Source: an uncultured Pseudomonadales bacterium
Lineage (GTDB): Bacteria > Patescibacteriota > Microgenomatia > UBA1400 > MFAQ01
NCBI GenBank assembly: GCA_964638575.1
Contig: CAZWYN010000003.1
Span: forward strand, 1-44,654
DNA length: 44,654 nucleotides
Direction: 5' to 3'
The notes under the pieces were generated by a model that worked only from the letters and a program-made list of their open reading frames with translations, did not search any database and was not told the DNA's origin. Shown here piece by piece: positions 1 through 8,544 of the stretch; the stretch's first letter is position 1; the number at the start of each line of letters is the position of its first letter. Position numbers and translations under genes: made by a program.

Positions 1-193
1 TTCAATCGAATCAAAAGTATGTCAAACTAAGAGGCAGTATATCATCTGAACCTAATTTTGTCAACATATGTTATATAGGTCTACTCAAGTATATCAATAT
101 GTAAACTAAGGCATCACCATTCCCCTTTCATCTTCCACCAAGAGATCTTCTTAAGCCGACAAAACATTCCAGGATCAGAATAACTTACAAAAC

Positions 194-241
194 ACCGGGA
201 ATCCCGGTAATCTTGACAAATGCCGGGAATCCCGGTAAAAA
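194..241 (+). promoter_or_regulatory. Two palindromic operator-like sites (CCGGGA-A-TCCCGG) flanking a TTGACA -35 box
   Basis: ACCGGGAATCCCGGT at 194-208 and CCGGGAATCCCGGT at 223-236; TTGACA at 213-218; weak -10 (TAAAAA) at 236-241, 17 bp downstream. Confidence 0.6.
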
Positions 242-307
242 ATGATCAACATTGTCCCTGATCACATGCAAGAATAGTTATTCCAAACAACTGTTAAACT
301 AATATAT

Positions 308-943
308 ATGCGTCTTACAAAAAGATCCTTTGTCATCATCGGGGTCACTTTTTGGCTTTCCGCCACCCTTCTAGCCTTCCTTCCCTCCTGGCCCCACCTC
401 TATTACCGTCTTTTTCCGCAAACTTCAGGCACACTTGCCTCTACAATCGCCTCAACTGTCTCCGCCGACTCTCTCCCTACATCTTTTCCATCATCAACTT
501 CTACCCTCGATGTTGTCCCGCCTCTCCCGGACACCGATCCTTCACTTCCCAAAGAAAATGGTCTCCTCATCGACAAAATTGGCGTTAAAGGAGAAATACA
601 CGAAGGTACAGACTGGGAAGAGATACTTAAACAAGGTGTTTGGCGCGTCCCCGAATTTGGTACCCCGGAAGACAGCTCTCTCCCCACCATTCTCGCCGCC
701 CATCGTTGGGGCTATCTCGACTGGTCCGCCGCTTTCCGAAAACTCAACTCCTTTTACAGTCTTCCTAACGTGGAAGTCGGTGACACCATCAAAATCAACT
801 GGGGTCAGCGTCAATATGAATACAAAGTTTACTCTGTTTCCTCAGGCACAAAAATCACCGATTACAGCACGGACTTAATTCTGTACACGTGTCAGCTATG
901 GAACAGTCCCATGAGATTTTTTGTGTACGCCAACAGGATATAA
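308..943 (+). CDS. Sortase family protein
   Basis: N-terminal TM helix; His in ILAAH, LILYTC catalytic Cys motif, downstream Arg (PMRFFV); extended -10 TGtTAAACT at 292-300. Confidence 0.85.
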   Translation: MRLTKRSFVIIGVTFWLSATLLAFLPSWPHLYYRLFPQTSGTLASTIASTVSADSLPTSFPSSTSTLDVVPPLPDTDPSLPKENGLLIDKIGVKGEIHEGTDWEEILKQGVWRVPEFGTPEDSSLPTILAAHRWGYLDWSAAFRKLNSFYSLPNVEVGDTIKINWGQRQYEYKVYSVSSGTKITDYSTDLILYTCQLWNSPMRFFVYANRI

Positions 944-971
944 AAAAACACCCTCTCTCTTTCACTATAGG

Positions 972-1000
972 TTGACAATTGTCTACCTATCTGTTACACT
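972..1000 (+). promoter_or_regulatory. sigma70 promoter (leaderless)
   Basis: TTGACA 972-977, 17 bp spacer, TACACT 995-1000, ATG at 1008. Confidence 0.75.
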
Positions 1001-1007
1001 CGCCCAT

Positions 1008-1436
1008 ATGAAATCAATTTTGCCTATCATCTTCGTCGTTCTCGTCCTCACCGGCGCGATCACCTATTCTCTGGCTAAAAGAGTTGTTCCTCAAAAACCG
1101 GTTGACAGCCTCGGTGTTCCGGCCAACGAGATTGAAGACGACAGCACCCTAACTCCAACTCCCACGGTAACCATCACCCCTACTCTTTCCGTTACCCCTA
1201 CTGCCATGCCCAAAGTTACCGAAAAGGAAATCACTAAAGGCGGCCAGTCAATTACCGCTTCCAAAACCGTCACCAAAACTACTATTTGTACTCCGGTCTA
1301 CGGCTCAGCCGATACCTGCACCGAGCACATTACTGTTGATACCGGTGCTGACAGCGCTGCCCTCTTCAACCTAGCTGGCATTGCTTACCTTGGTGGCCTT
1401 CTCTCCTTCGTCAAAGCCAAGACTTTAAAACACTAA
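1008..1436 (+). CDS. Pro/Thr-rich surface protein with LPXTG-like (VDTG) C-terminal sorting signal
   Basis: Start re-assigned to ATG 1008 (MKSILPII); N-terminal hydrophobic helix, TPTPT linker, VDTG + hydrophobic stretch + KAKTLKH tail; adjacent to sortase. Confidence 0.7.
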   Translation: MKSILPIIFVVLVLTGAITYSLAKRVVPQKPVDSLGVPANEIEDDSTLTPTPTVTITPTLSVTPTAMPKVTEKEITKGGQSITASKTVTKTTICTPVYGSADTCTEHITVDTGADSAALFNLAGIAYLGGLLSFVKAKTLKH

Positions 1437-1446
1437 GGCACTTCAT

Positions 1447-1500
1447 TTGAAACTTACCTCTGTCCTCGAGCCTAACTAGAGGACAGAGAGTAGATCTCAA
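1447..1500. repeat. Long intergenic hairpin (REP-like)
   Basis: CTCTGTCCTC 1458-1467 / GAGGACAGAG 1479-1488 with outer TTGA/TCAA; no U-tract on either strand. Confidence 0.5.
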
Positions 1501-1575
1501 AAGTCTACGCACTTTAAATTGGAAGCTAAAAAACCGCTAAAACGGAAAATTCAATTGTTCCAAAGGAGGAATAAA

Positions 1576-2061
1576 ATGACTAAAAGAGGTTTGTGGATTG
1601 TCGTTGCAATACTCGCATTAATTTTGCTTTGTATTGCCAGTATTTTTATGGGCAAGTTCCTGTTTGGTATATACCAGCAGTACAACTCTGCCCAAACTCC
1701 GGTTGCCGTCCAAACCTGCGACCCCATCCTCGTACCCATGGCCCCGGTTGCCGTTTGCGACCCTAGCACCGTCCCTTTCACTGATATGGGCGAGCTTGAC
1801 CCCTATGTCGTCACCATCATTGAAGGTCCTGCTATCTACGAATGGTGGACTGGTGGCACAAACGAAGGAGTTCAGCGCGTTGATGTCGGCGAGACAATTA
1901 CCATTCATGGTGTCAAAGGCCATTGGTGGACTCTCCCCAATCAGGCTGGGCTGGACTGTGCCTGGGACTTGCACGTAGGCAACTACGGAGCTAAACCCCA
2001 GCACGAAGGTAAAACCTACAACCAACTGGTTGTTCCGCCCCCGGCCGAATTTCTCAAATAG
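1576..2061 (+). CDS. Hypothetical single-TM secreted protein
   Basis: SD AAGGAGGA before ATG 1576; N-terminal TM helix. Confidence 0.7.
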   Translation: MTKRGLWIVVAILALILLCIASIFMGKFLFGIYQQYNSAQTPVAVQTCDPILVPMAPVAVCDPSTVPFTDMGELDPYVVTIIEGPAIYEWWTGGTNEGVQRVDVGETITIHGVKGHWWTLPNQAGLDCAWDLHVGNYGAKPQHEGKTYNQLVVPPPAEFLK

Positions 2062-2080
2062 CTTCCAATAGTACGACCAT

Positions 2081-2108
2081 CCCCTGAGCCTAGCTCAGGG
2101 GAGTTTTC
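2081..2108 (+). terminator. Hairpin, possible terminator or REP-like element
   Basis: CCCCTGAGC-CTA-GCTCAGGGG followed by AGTTTTC. Confidence 0.45.
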
Positions 2109-2172
2109 TCTTGAGGCTGAAACCCGACCTTAAAAGAAAGCTTAATGCTCATTCAAAAAAAAGGAGTGTGAA

Positions 2173-2340
2173 ATGGAAAAAAGCGTTGTCGTTTTTGCTG
2201 GCTCCATCAGCCTTGCCCTCGGATCGATCCTCATTTTTCTCCATGGAACCGATCCTCAGCCTCATTTTTCTCTTCCCGGACTCGTTTTTGTTGTTCTGGG
2301 ACTAATAGTCCTAGCCTACAGCACTAAAATGAAAAAATAA
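2173..2340 (+). CDS. 55-aa two-TM small membrane protein (not in ORF track)
   Basis: SD AAGGAG at 2161; MEKSVVVFAGSISLALGSILIFLHGTDPQPHFSLPGLVFVVLGLIVLAYSTKMKK; followed by terminator. Confidence 0.7.
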   Translation: MEKSVVVFAGSISLALGSILIFLHGTDPQPHFSLPGLVFVVLGLIVLAYSTKMKK

Positions 2341-2372
2341 ACAACATCCAGAGGTTCCTCCTCCTTTGCCAA

Positions 2373-2403
2373 GCCCCGACCTAATCCGTCGGGGCCTTTT
2401 TTT
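2373..2403 (+). terminator. Intrinsic terminator
   Basis: GCCCCGAC-CTAATCC-GTCGGGGC followed by C and a T-run. Confidence 0.8.
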
Positions 2404-2483
2404 ACTCTGTAGGCATAAATAATATCTTTTCCCCTGTAATACTTGACAAACGGATATCCACGTACTATCCTGTATATATCACT

Positions 2484-3365
2484 ATGAGACATACTATTAC
2501 CCAAAACACTCTCATCTCCGTCATTCTTCCGGTCTACAACGCCGGGAAGTATCTCGTGGAGGCCCTTGAAAGTCTTCGTTACCAAACCTATCCCCACTTC
2601 GAGGTCATTGCCATAGATGATGCTTCAACAGACGATTCCTACAAGATTCTCAAAAACTATGCCCGAATAGACTCCCGCTTCAAGGTATATCGCAACAAAA
2701 CAAATCTCAGGATCGCCAACACCCTCAATTTCGGTCTCACCAAGGCCAAAGGGCACCTCATCGCCCGCATGGACGCCGATGACATTGCCTTGCCTAGTCG
2801 TTTTCAAAAACAGGTTAATTTCCTCACCAATCACCCCGGTGTTGTCATTGTTGGTGGCCAATGTCTCACCATCGACAAAGATAGCCATCTTACAGGAAAA
2901 AAGCTCTTCCCCATAAACCACATCGCCATTCACGAGCTTATGTTCACCGCCAATCCCCTGCAACACCCTGGTATCATGATCAATCGAAGATTGTTACCTC
3001 AAGACTTCGTTTGGTACAATCCCCATCTCACTCCCGCCGAAGATCTCGATCTCTACTTCCGTTTAGGCAAATTTGGTCTTTATGCCAACCTCAAATCTAC
3101 TACCCTCATGTACCGCCAGCACGGAGACTCAGAAACCTTTAGAAACCCCAAACACACCTTCCATGTCACCCAAAAAGTTCGTCGTCTCGCCGTCAGCAAA
3201 TATGGCTACAAACCAAACTTAAAATCCAGACTCTTAGCCGGAACCCAGTCCCTCATCCTCTCTGTTATTCCCAGTGCCCTCATTTTTCCTCTCTACACTT
3301 TCCTTAGAGGCACCAAGATCAAAGAGAAACTCGAAAACCTCAACCTCCGTTTAGCCTCAAACTAA
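2484..3365 (+). CDS. Glycosyltransferase family 2
   Basis: ISVILPVYN, IDDASTD, ARMDADD, AEDLDL motifs; TTGACA(2443)-17-TATCCT promoter. Confidence 0.92.
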   Translation: MRHTITQNTLISVILPVYNAGKYLVEALESLRYQTYPHFEVIAIDDASTDDSYKILKNYARIDSRFKVYRNKTNLRIANTLNFGLTKAKGHLIARMDADDIALPSRFQKQVNFLTNHPGVVIVGGQCLTIDKDSHLTGKKLFPINHIAIHELMFTANPLQHPGIMINRRLLPQDFVWYNPHLTPAEDLDLYFRLGKFGLYANLKSTTLMYRQHGDSETFRNPKHTFHVTQKVRRLAVSKYGYKPNLKSRLLAGTQSLILSVIPSALIFPLYTFLRGTKIKEKLENLNLRLASN

Positions 3366-6300
3366 GGAATAAAGGGAGAGAACTTTTTCGCAAATACTTT
3401 TATAGGTGTAGGAGCATTCAGCGCCATATCTACCCTATACGTAAATTTCTCGGCTGGAGCCGTGTTATTCACTACCCCCATATCTCTATTCAAGTTTATA
3501 CCAGTCCACCCCACAAACGACCCTTGGCCATCAAGCTGAGTGTCCGTCTTATCGCAGGTTCCGAGCGGAGCCACCGCATCACTACAAGGGGCGCTTATAC
3601 TCTCCGCCACAAACCATCCCTGTGCCGTAGTCAAATTTGAATTAAAGATGATACTGTCTTTGGCAATTACTCCCAAGAACGCCCCGTTTGGTACTGTGAC
3701 ATTGTTGCTCACTGTTACATTTCCATCTACTAACAAAATTACTTTTTGTATTCCCGTTGGTCCGCTGTAATTTAAAGTTACGTCCCCCGTATGTTTGAAT
3801 ATCTGATATCCCCTTCCTCCGTCATCATAGCTGATAACTCCCCCATCCCACGCCGTGAAGGGAAACACATCCATTCTTGTTTTGTAAAAATTAAAGTCAT
3901 AGCGCAACCCCTCATAGAGACTCTGGATTCTCCACAAAGCACTGCTCACCCCCGCATTGGGATTACTCCCCAGCTCTGTTCCCTGCCAAACAAATCCATG
4001 ACTCAGTACCCCCACTCTTCCGTCCGCATTAGCCAAGATCAGTTTCTGGTTAGCTGCCGGGCTCACACTTGCGGGGACATAACTCTTTAATCCGCTCCTT
4101 GCATAAACGCTTCCGCCCACTGCCTGCCACCATCCGCTATACACTCTCCAAAAACCGGTATCTTTTGTCACCGTTTGTCCCTGGGTGGTCAAAGACACCG
4201 ATGCCCCCTGACACTGGAGTTTAACTCCGGACACTCTACCCGAGGAAATAAGGCTGGCATAATCAAAAGAATATGTTCCGTTGACTGTCGAGGCATAGAC
4301 CTGCTCGGTATAGTTTCCATTGGCATCGGTACTAACCGGTGCCGTAATTGCCGGCCACAAACCAAGAATATCAAACGCTGCACTACCCAATCGTAAGGGA
4401 GCATATCCTGGGTCTGTCCCAATAGTGGCCGGACATGAGGAAAGATCAGAAGCGTCAAACAAAGTTCCTTTAATCGTTCCTATACAATCCTCGGTGATCA
4501 CTCCGGCCACAGCTCCGGCTGCCGTACAGTTATCTGTTCCGCAGGTTTCTGTACATGTTCGAGTTCGTTTATGATTGCCATCACAGGCTCCCCATGCTCC
4601 AAGTACTGCTCCGCCCTCCACACACACCGTCCCCATTTTCTTCCAGCTTGGTCCACCCGGGTGCCATAACAGCTCGTTATCCTGTACCATTGCATAGTAG
4701 TTGTAGTTTCCGCCGGGAAAGTTAGTCGTCGTTACGTTAAACACCGAGGTCCAGTTGTTTCCCAGTCGAGTGTCACTGACGCTATTAATCCTTAATGTCC
4801 CCAAAGCATTTGTAAACGGCGCTACTGTACCCCACGGAGTAGGCGGGCTAGCCAATGTGCCTGTACAGGCCGCACCCGTATTGTTATTTGCCACATTAAT
4901 ATTTGCCCCACCATACGTAAATGCTCCGAAATAATTAGCATTATTGTGCTCAAAATTACTCCAGTTTGCACTCCCCGGATCAACACTACAGTTATTAAAC
5001 GCAAAAAAGACTCTTCGCAAATCGGTCGCGCCGTCGGCATCACTCGTCACCACCGTTAAGCTGGCATTACCATTAGACAGAATTGTCGAAGGAGATGTGG
5101 AAACAATTGTAGGAGCGTTGTTGGTCACACTAAAGCTCCAAATCGTTGACCAACCGGAAGCCGAAGGATTCGTATTGTCTGCTTTCACTTTCCAGTAGTA
5201 TGTTCTGGGTAACGAATCGGGGAAGGTATAAACTTGAGAAGTAGTTCCACTACCTACAGTAAAAACCGATCCTCCGCTGCAGGGATCACCGGCATTTGTA
5301 CCGGCACAGACTTGATAGTCTCTACTGGTCGAGCTGCTACACTCCGTCCCCCAGTTACTTATACCGTTCCAGGTTAATGTCACTGCCGTTCCTTTAACAC
5401 TCGCCCCATTAGCTGGACTGGCTAATGTTGGTGTATCCGGACCACTTGAACTACAACACGGCTCAGTAGCGGAACAACTAGTAGTTCCGCAAGATCCATT
5501 TGGAACAGTACCGCCAGGATAACCACAGGATGTTGGACAACTCTGTGCTGCCGGACACGAAATCCAATCACAACCATAATTGGTTACACATTCTGTTACC
5601 GCACACTGACCACCACCACTCGGACACTGGCTTTCAGTTTTATAGCCACAAGACTTTGGTATTCCATTACCTACACAAACATTACAATCACAGTTTCCAT
5701 TACCACCAGGTCCGCACTCCGTGCCGTTACCTGTACATGAGAAACCGGTAGTATCACAAACGCAAGCGTAGTCACCACACTCATAATCACCGTTGCATGC
5801 CGCATACACCGTTCCTACTATCGAAAAAGCTTTCCTAGAATTTGAAATTTTTATGATTACCGGCCTATTTTTCTCTTTTTGAACATAGCTTTTCAAAAAC
5901 TCCTTCATCCTTTCCTGTCTCAGGTATGACTCATACTTGGGATAGTAATTTACTAGTTCAAATAAGCTCTGTATCATTGTGTATTCAAAGCTTTGCGATA
6001 AAACCAAATCCCCGCCCTCAATTTCGTCTCTATTTATATAAATATATATATTCATTGTCTTACTACCCTCCTCATACCTCTGCCCAAAAGAAGATGCCAT
6101 TACTCCTTCCACTCCATAACCTCTCATATAACTTTGTTCCTTATCCGTATAAACCACATTTACTTTCTCGACCCTCACACTTGTAATTGGACTATCTAGC
6201 GACTCTCCCATTATCGGCATCCCAACCCCTCTTGTAAGACCTAAGAGTTTCAGATACTGCACCATCTTTATCTGATTGACAATCTTTATCTGTTTCCCCT

Positions 6301-6421
6301 CCACTTGCGAAACAACTTTAAAATCCACATACTGTCGAAAACTAAGGCTGATAAAAGTAGCAGTTCCAATAGCCGCCAAAGAAAGAAACACCAATAAATA
6401 TATGATGAATTTTCTTATCAT
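3362..6421 (-). CDS. Large membrane-anchored Cys-rich surface protein with FN3/Ig-like domains
   Basis: N-terminal TM; Cys/Gly-rich block; PTLASPANG...LTW...YYWKVKA (FN3-like); NNAPTI...DADGATDL (Ig-like). Confidence 0.7.
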   Translation of the reverse strand: MIRKFIIYLLVFLSLAAIGTATFISLSFRQYVDFKVVSQVEGKQIKIVNQIKMVQYLKLLGLTRGVGMPIMGESLDSPITSVRVEKVNVVYTDKEQSYMRGYGVEGVMASSFGQRYEEGSKTMNIYIYINRDEIEGGDLVLSQSFEYTMIQSLFELVNYYPKYESYLRQERMKEFLKSYVQKEKNRPVIIKISNSRKAFSIVGTVYAACNGDYECGDYACVCDTTGFSCTGNGTECGPGGNGNCDCNVCVGNGIPKSCGYKTESQCPSGGGQCAVTECVTNYGCDWISCPAAQSCPTSCGYPGGTVPNGSCGTTSCSATEPCCSSSGPDTPTLASPANGASVKGTAVTLTWNGISNWGTECSSSTSRDYQVCAGTNAGDPCSGGSVFTVGSGTTSQVYTFPDSLPRTYYWKVKADNTNPSASGWSTIWSFSVTNNAPTIVSTSPSTILSNGNASLTVVTSDADGATDLRRVFFAFNNCSVDPGSANWSNFEHNNANYFGAFTYGGANINVANNNTGAACTGTLASPPTPWGTVAPFTNALGTLRINSVSDTRLGNNWTSVFNVTTTNFPGGNYNYYAMVQDNELLWHPGGPSWKKMGTVCVEGGAVLGAWGACDGNHKRTRTCTETCGTDNCTAAGAVAGVITEDCIGTIKGTLFDASDLSSCPATIGTDPGYAPLRLGSAAFDILGLWPAITAPVSTDANGNYTEQVYASTVNGTYSFDYASLISSGRVSGVKLQCQGASVSLTTQGQTVTKDTGFWRVYSGWWQAVGGSVYARSGLKSYVPASVSPAANQKLILANADGRVGVLSHGFVWQGTELGSNPNAGVSSALWRIQSLYEGLRYDFNFYKTRMDVFPFTAWDGGVISYDDGGRGYQIFKHTGDVTLNYSGPTGIQKVILLVDGNVTVSNNVTVPNGAFLGVIAKDSIIFNSNLTTAQGWFVAESISAPCSDAVAPLGTCDKTDTQLDGQGSFVGWTGINLNRDMGVVNNTAPAEKFTYRVDMALNAPTPIKVFAKKFSPFIP

Positions 6422-6435
6422 TACTTAATCTTATC

Positions 6436-7941
6436 TCATTTATTTTTTGCGGCAAAAATATAGTGTGTCTTGATCCACAGAAGCGACTCTTCGAGAGTAG
6501 TAGTAGTACCTCTAGGTCTTAGCGTTTCAGTTCTTACGTCAAAATCAAAAAATATACTATCTTTATCTAAATCTTGATTACCTTTTCGCTCTACCAGTCT
6601 AAAACTCGTGTATGGCATCATTCCCAAGGCGTTTCTTAAATTTATTCCCGCGAAAGCGTAACCTTCAATAAGAGAAAAAGCCTCAGGTTCATCTTCTTTC
6701 AAAAATAAATTTTCATCAATGAAGCTCAATCTCACACCCAAGCCCGAATACATAATAAATTTTCCATCATCAAAACCATATCCTGAACTTATCGTCGTCT
6801 GCCCTGGAAAATTCATGTATAGTTCTCCATCCAGCCCACTGGTATATCTCATCTCGATACTCTTGACTTGATCTATTGTTAGTGTTTGTTCCGCTATCTT
6901 CCCCTCATCGTCTCTTAACATTATTTTCGCTGGATAATTGCCGGGATTAGCTACATACTCATCCAAACTCACATTCATCTTATTTTGGAAATTATATGTA
7001 TCCAAAAATGTATAAATAATTGCTTTTGCCAATAGTTCTCTTGCGCCAGGTTTGTTTTCATTGAAAAGAAGTGACTCAACTCCATATTTATCAAAAGTAC
7101 TCTTTGTTATTTTGTCACTTTCAAGCATCGAAAATTCCAAATCAAACTGGTATCCAGAATACTCAATTTTTTCACTTAACAATATCCTCTTTTGCTCTAC
7201 AGGTGCCACTTCCTGAGTCGCCGTCGCCTCCGTAGTTGGCGTAACCTCCAAGGTCGGTGTCTCACTTACTCCAGGTGCTGTTTCCGTCACTCCTGGTTGG
7301 AATGGTGTTTCCGTTATCCCTATATCTACCGTCTCTGTCACTCTTGGTTGTGTCTCGGTGGCCGTGGCGTTAGGTGTCACTATCTCCACACTAATTCCGC
7401 AAGCCGAAAGTACCATTCCCCCAATTATCACTGCGGCTGCCAGAGTTTTTTTGGACAGTACTCCGTGAATGACCTCATCCAGACTGGTATTTTCCCTTTT
7501 GTCACCTAGGATTTCTTCACGCACTTTCTCGATTTCCCTCTTGTAATCTTTAATCTGAAAAGCTACCGCCGGATATACTTCTTCGGCAATATCCGAAACC
7601 ACTTTCATCTTTGCTTCGGTCAAAGCCATTGAGTAAACCAGCTCTTCCTTGGTTGCTTTCTCGTCCAATGACCCAATTCCTTTTTGGTCAGCCACATCAA
7701 ATTTAATTACGTTCAGTCCTCTGTCAGACGACAAACTAGCCTGTATATCGGGAACCTTTCCTTCTTTAAACTTTACTGCCCCTATCCAACTTTCGATATC
7801 TTCATGGTCAAACTCTCCTTCTGTATTTGGGAACAGTTTTTTAGAGTCAACCTCCATGGCGGAAGCCATCTCCCGCACCAAACCGTCATATGTATGGCAA
7901 TATATCTTCTCTTCCAAAAAATGCTCAGTTCTGTTTTCCAT
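6436..7941 (-). CDS. Hypothetical membrane-anchored protein with internal lipobox-like LSAC and T/P/E-rich linker
   Basis: 501-aa ORF; KKTLAAAVIIGGMVLSACG followed by VTET-type repeats. Confidence 0.7.
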   Translation of the reverse strand: MENRTEHFLEEKIYCHTYDGLVREMASAMEVDSKKLFPNTEGEFDHEDIESWIGAVKFKEGKVPDIQASLSSDRGLNVIKFDVADQKGIGSLDEKATKEELVYSMALTEAKMKVVSDIAEEVYPAVAFQIKDYKREIEKVREEILGDKRENTSLDEVIHGVLSKKTLAAAVIIGGMVLSACGISVEIVTPNATATETQPRVTETVDIGITETPFQPGVTETAPGVSETPTLEVTPTTEATATQEVAPVEQKRILLSEKIEYSGYQFDLEFSMLESDKITKSTFDKYGVESLLFNENKPGARELLAKAIIYTFLDTYNFQNKMNVSLDEYVANPGNYPAKIMLRDDEGKIAEQTLTIDQVKSIEMRYTSGLDGELYMNFPGQTTISSGYGFDDGKFIMYSGLGVRLSFIDENLFLKEDEPEAFSLIEGYAFAGINLRNALGMMPYTSFRLVERKGNQDLDKDSIFFDFDVRTETLRPRGTTTTLEESLLWIKTHYIFAAKNK

Positions 7942-8205
7942 AAACTTATAATACTTTTATTCCCCTTCCAAGTCAATGTATCGTATGCGTTAACCACAAA
8001 TGCTAATGCCCACCAATTCTCCCAATTATGGATTGAGACTTACTTGCCCAATCTCAACGCTTTAAATTTCTTTAAAAGCCTCCTTGCGGAACCACAAAAA
8101 TTCGTTTTACGAGTCCAATTAAGAGAGTGCAGATTAGTAGAATTACAAACAGGACATTCTGTCTTTTTAACAATTTCAAAATTAGAATCCACAGAATTGT
8201 CGATT

Positions 8206-8544
8206 TTAATATATTAACTCAGATATCACTATATCTTTTGCTGAAGTGTTAGAAAATACTTTCTCTAATTTATCTTTAGAGACAGTATCATTACAGGTCA
8301 TAAGATCGATATGTATAGACGAATACTCGGGCCAAGTATGAAGTATTAAATGGGACTGAGACAAAATCCAAACTTTTGTTAAACCGTGGAGGGTAAATTC
8401 AAAGTCTGTTTCATGAACAACCTTAAGTTCCAAGTCTTTAATTACTTTCATACTAAGATTCTGGACGTGGACACGATCCGGAATAATATCGGCGTTTAAA
8501 ATAATCTTAACGGCAAAATGGTTATAGTATGGGAATTTATTCAT
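8206..8544 (-). CDS. speD: Pyruvoyl-dependent S-adenosylmethionine decarboxylase-like proenzyme
   Basis: GLT..ILSQSH..LHTWPEY..IDLMTC; cleavage site reads QSH instead of ESH. Confidence 0.8.
   Translation of the reverse strand: MNKFPYYNHFAVKIILNADIIPDRVHVQNLSMKVIKDLELKVVHETDFEFTLHGLTKVWILSQSHLILHTWPEYSSIHIDLMTCNDTVSKDKLEKVFSNTSAKDIVISELIY

Noticed and set aside
194-240. CRISPR array
   Set aside because: Only two 16-bp repeats with a 12-bp spacer; no cas genes.
2111-2305. 64-aa ORF from the track
   Set aside because: The overlapping 2173-2340 frame has a strong SD, ATG start and coherent TM pattern.
7684-8217. 177-aa plus-strand ORF and other short ORFs nested antisense or out of frame within confident genes
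   Set aside because: They overlap well-supported genes and have no motifs or initiation signals.
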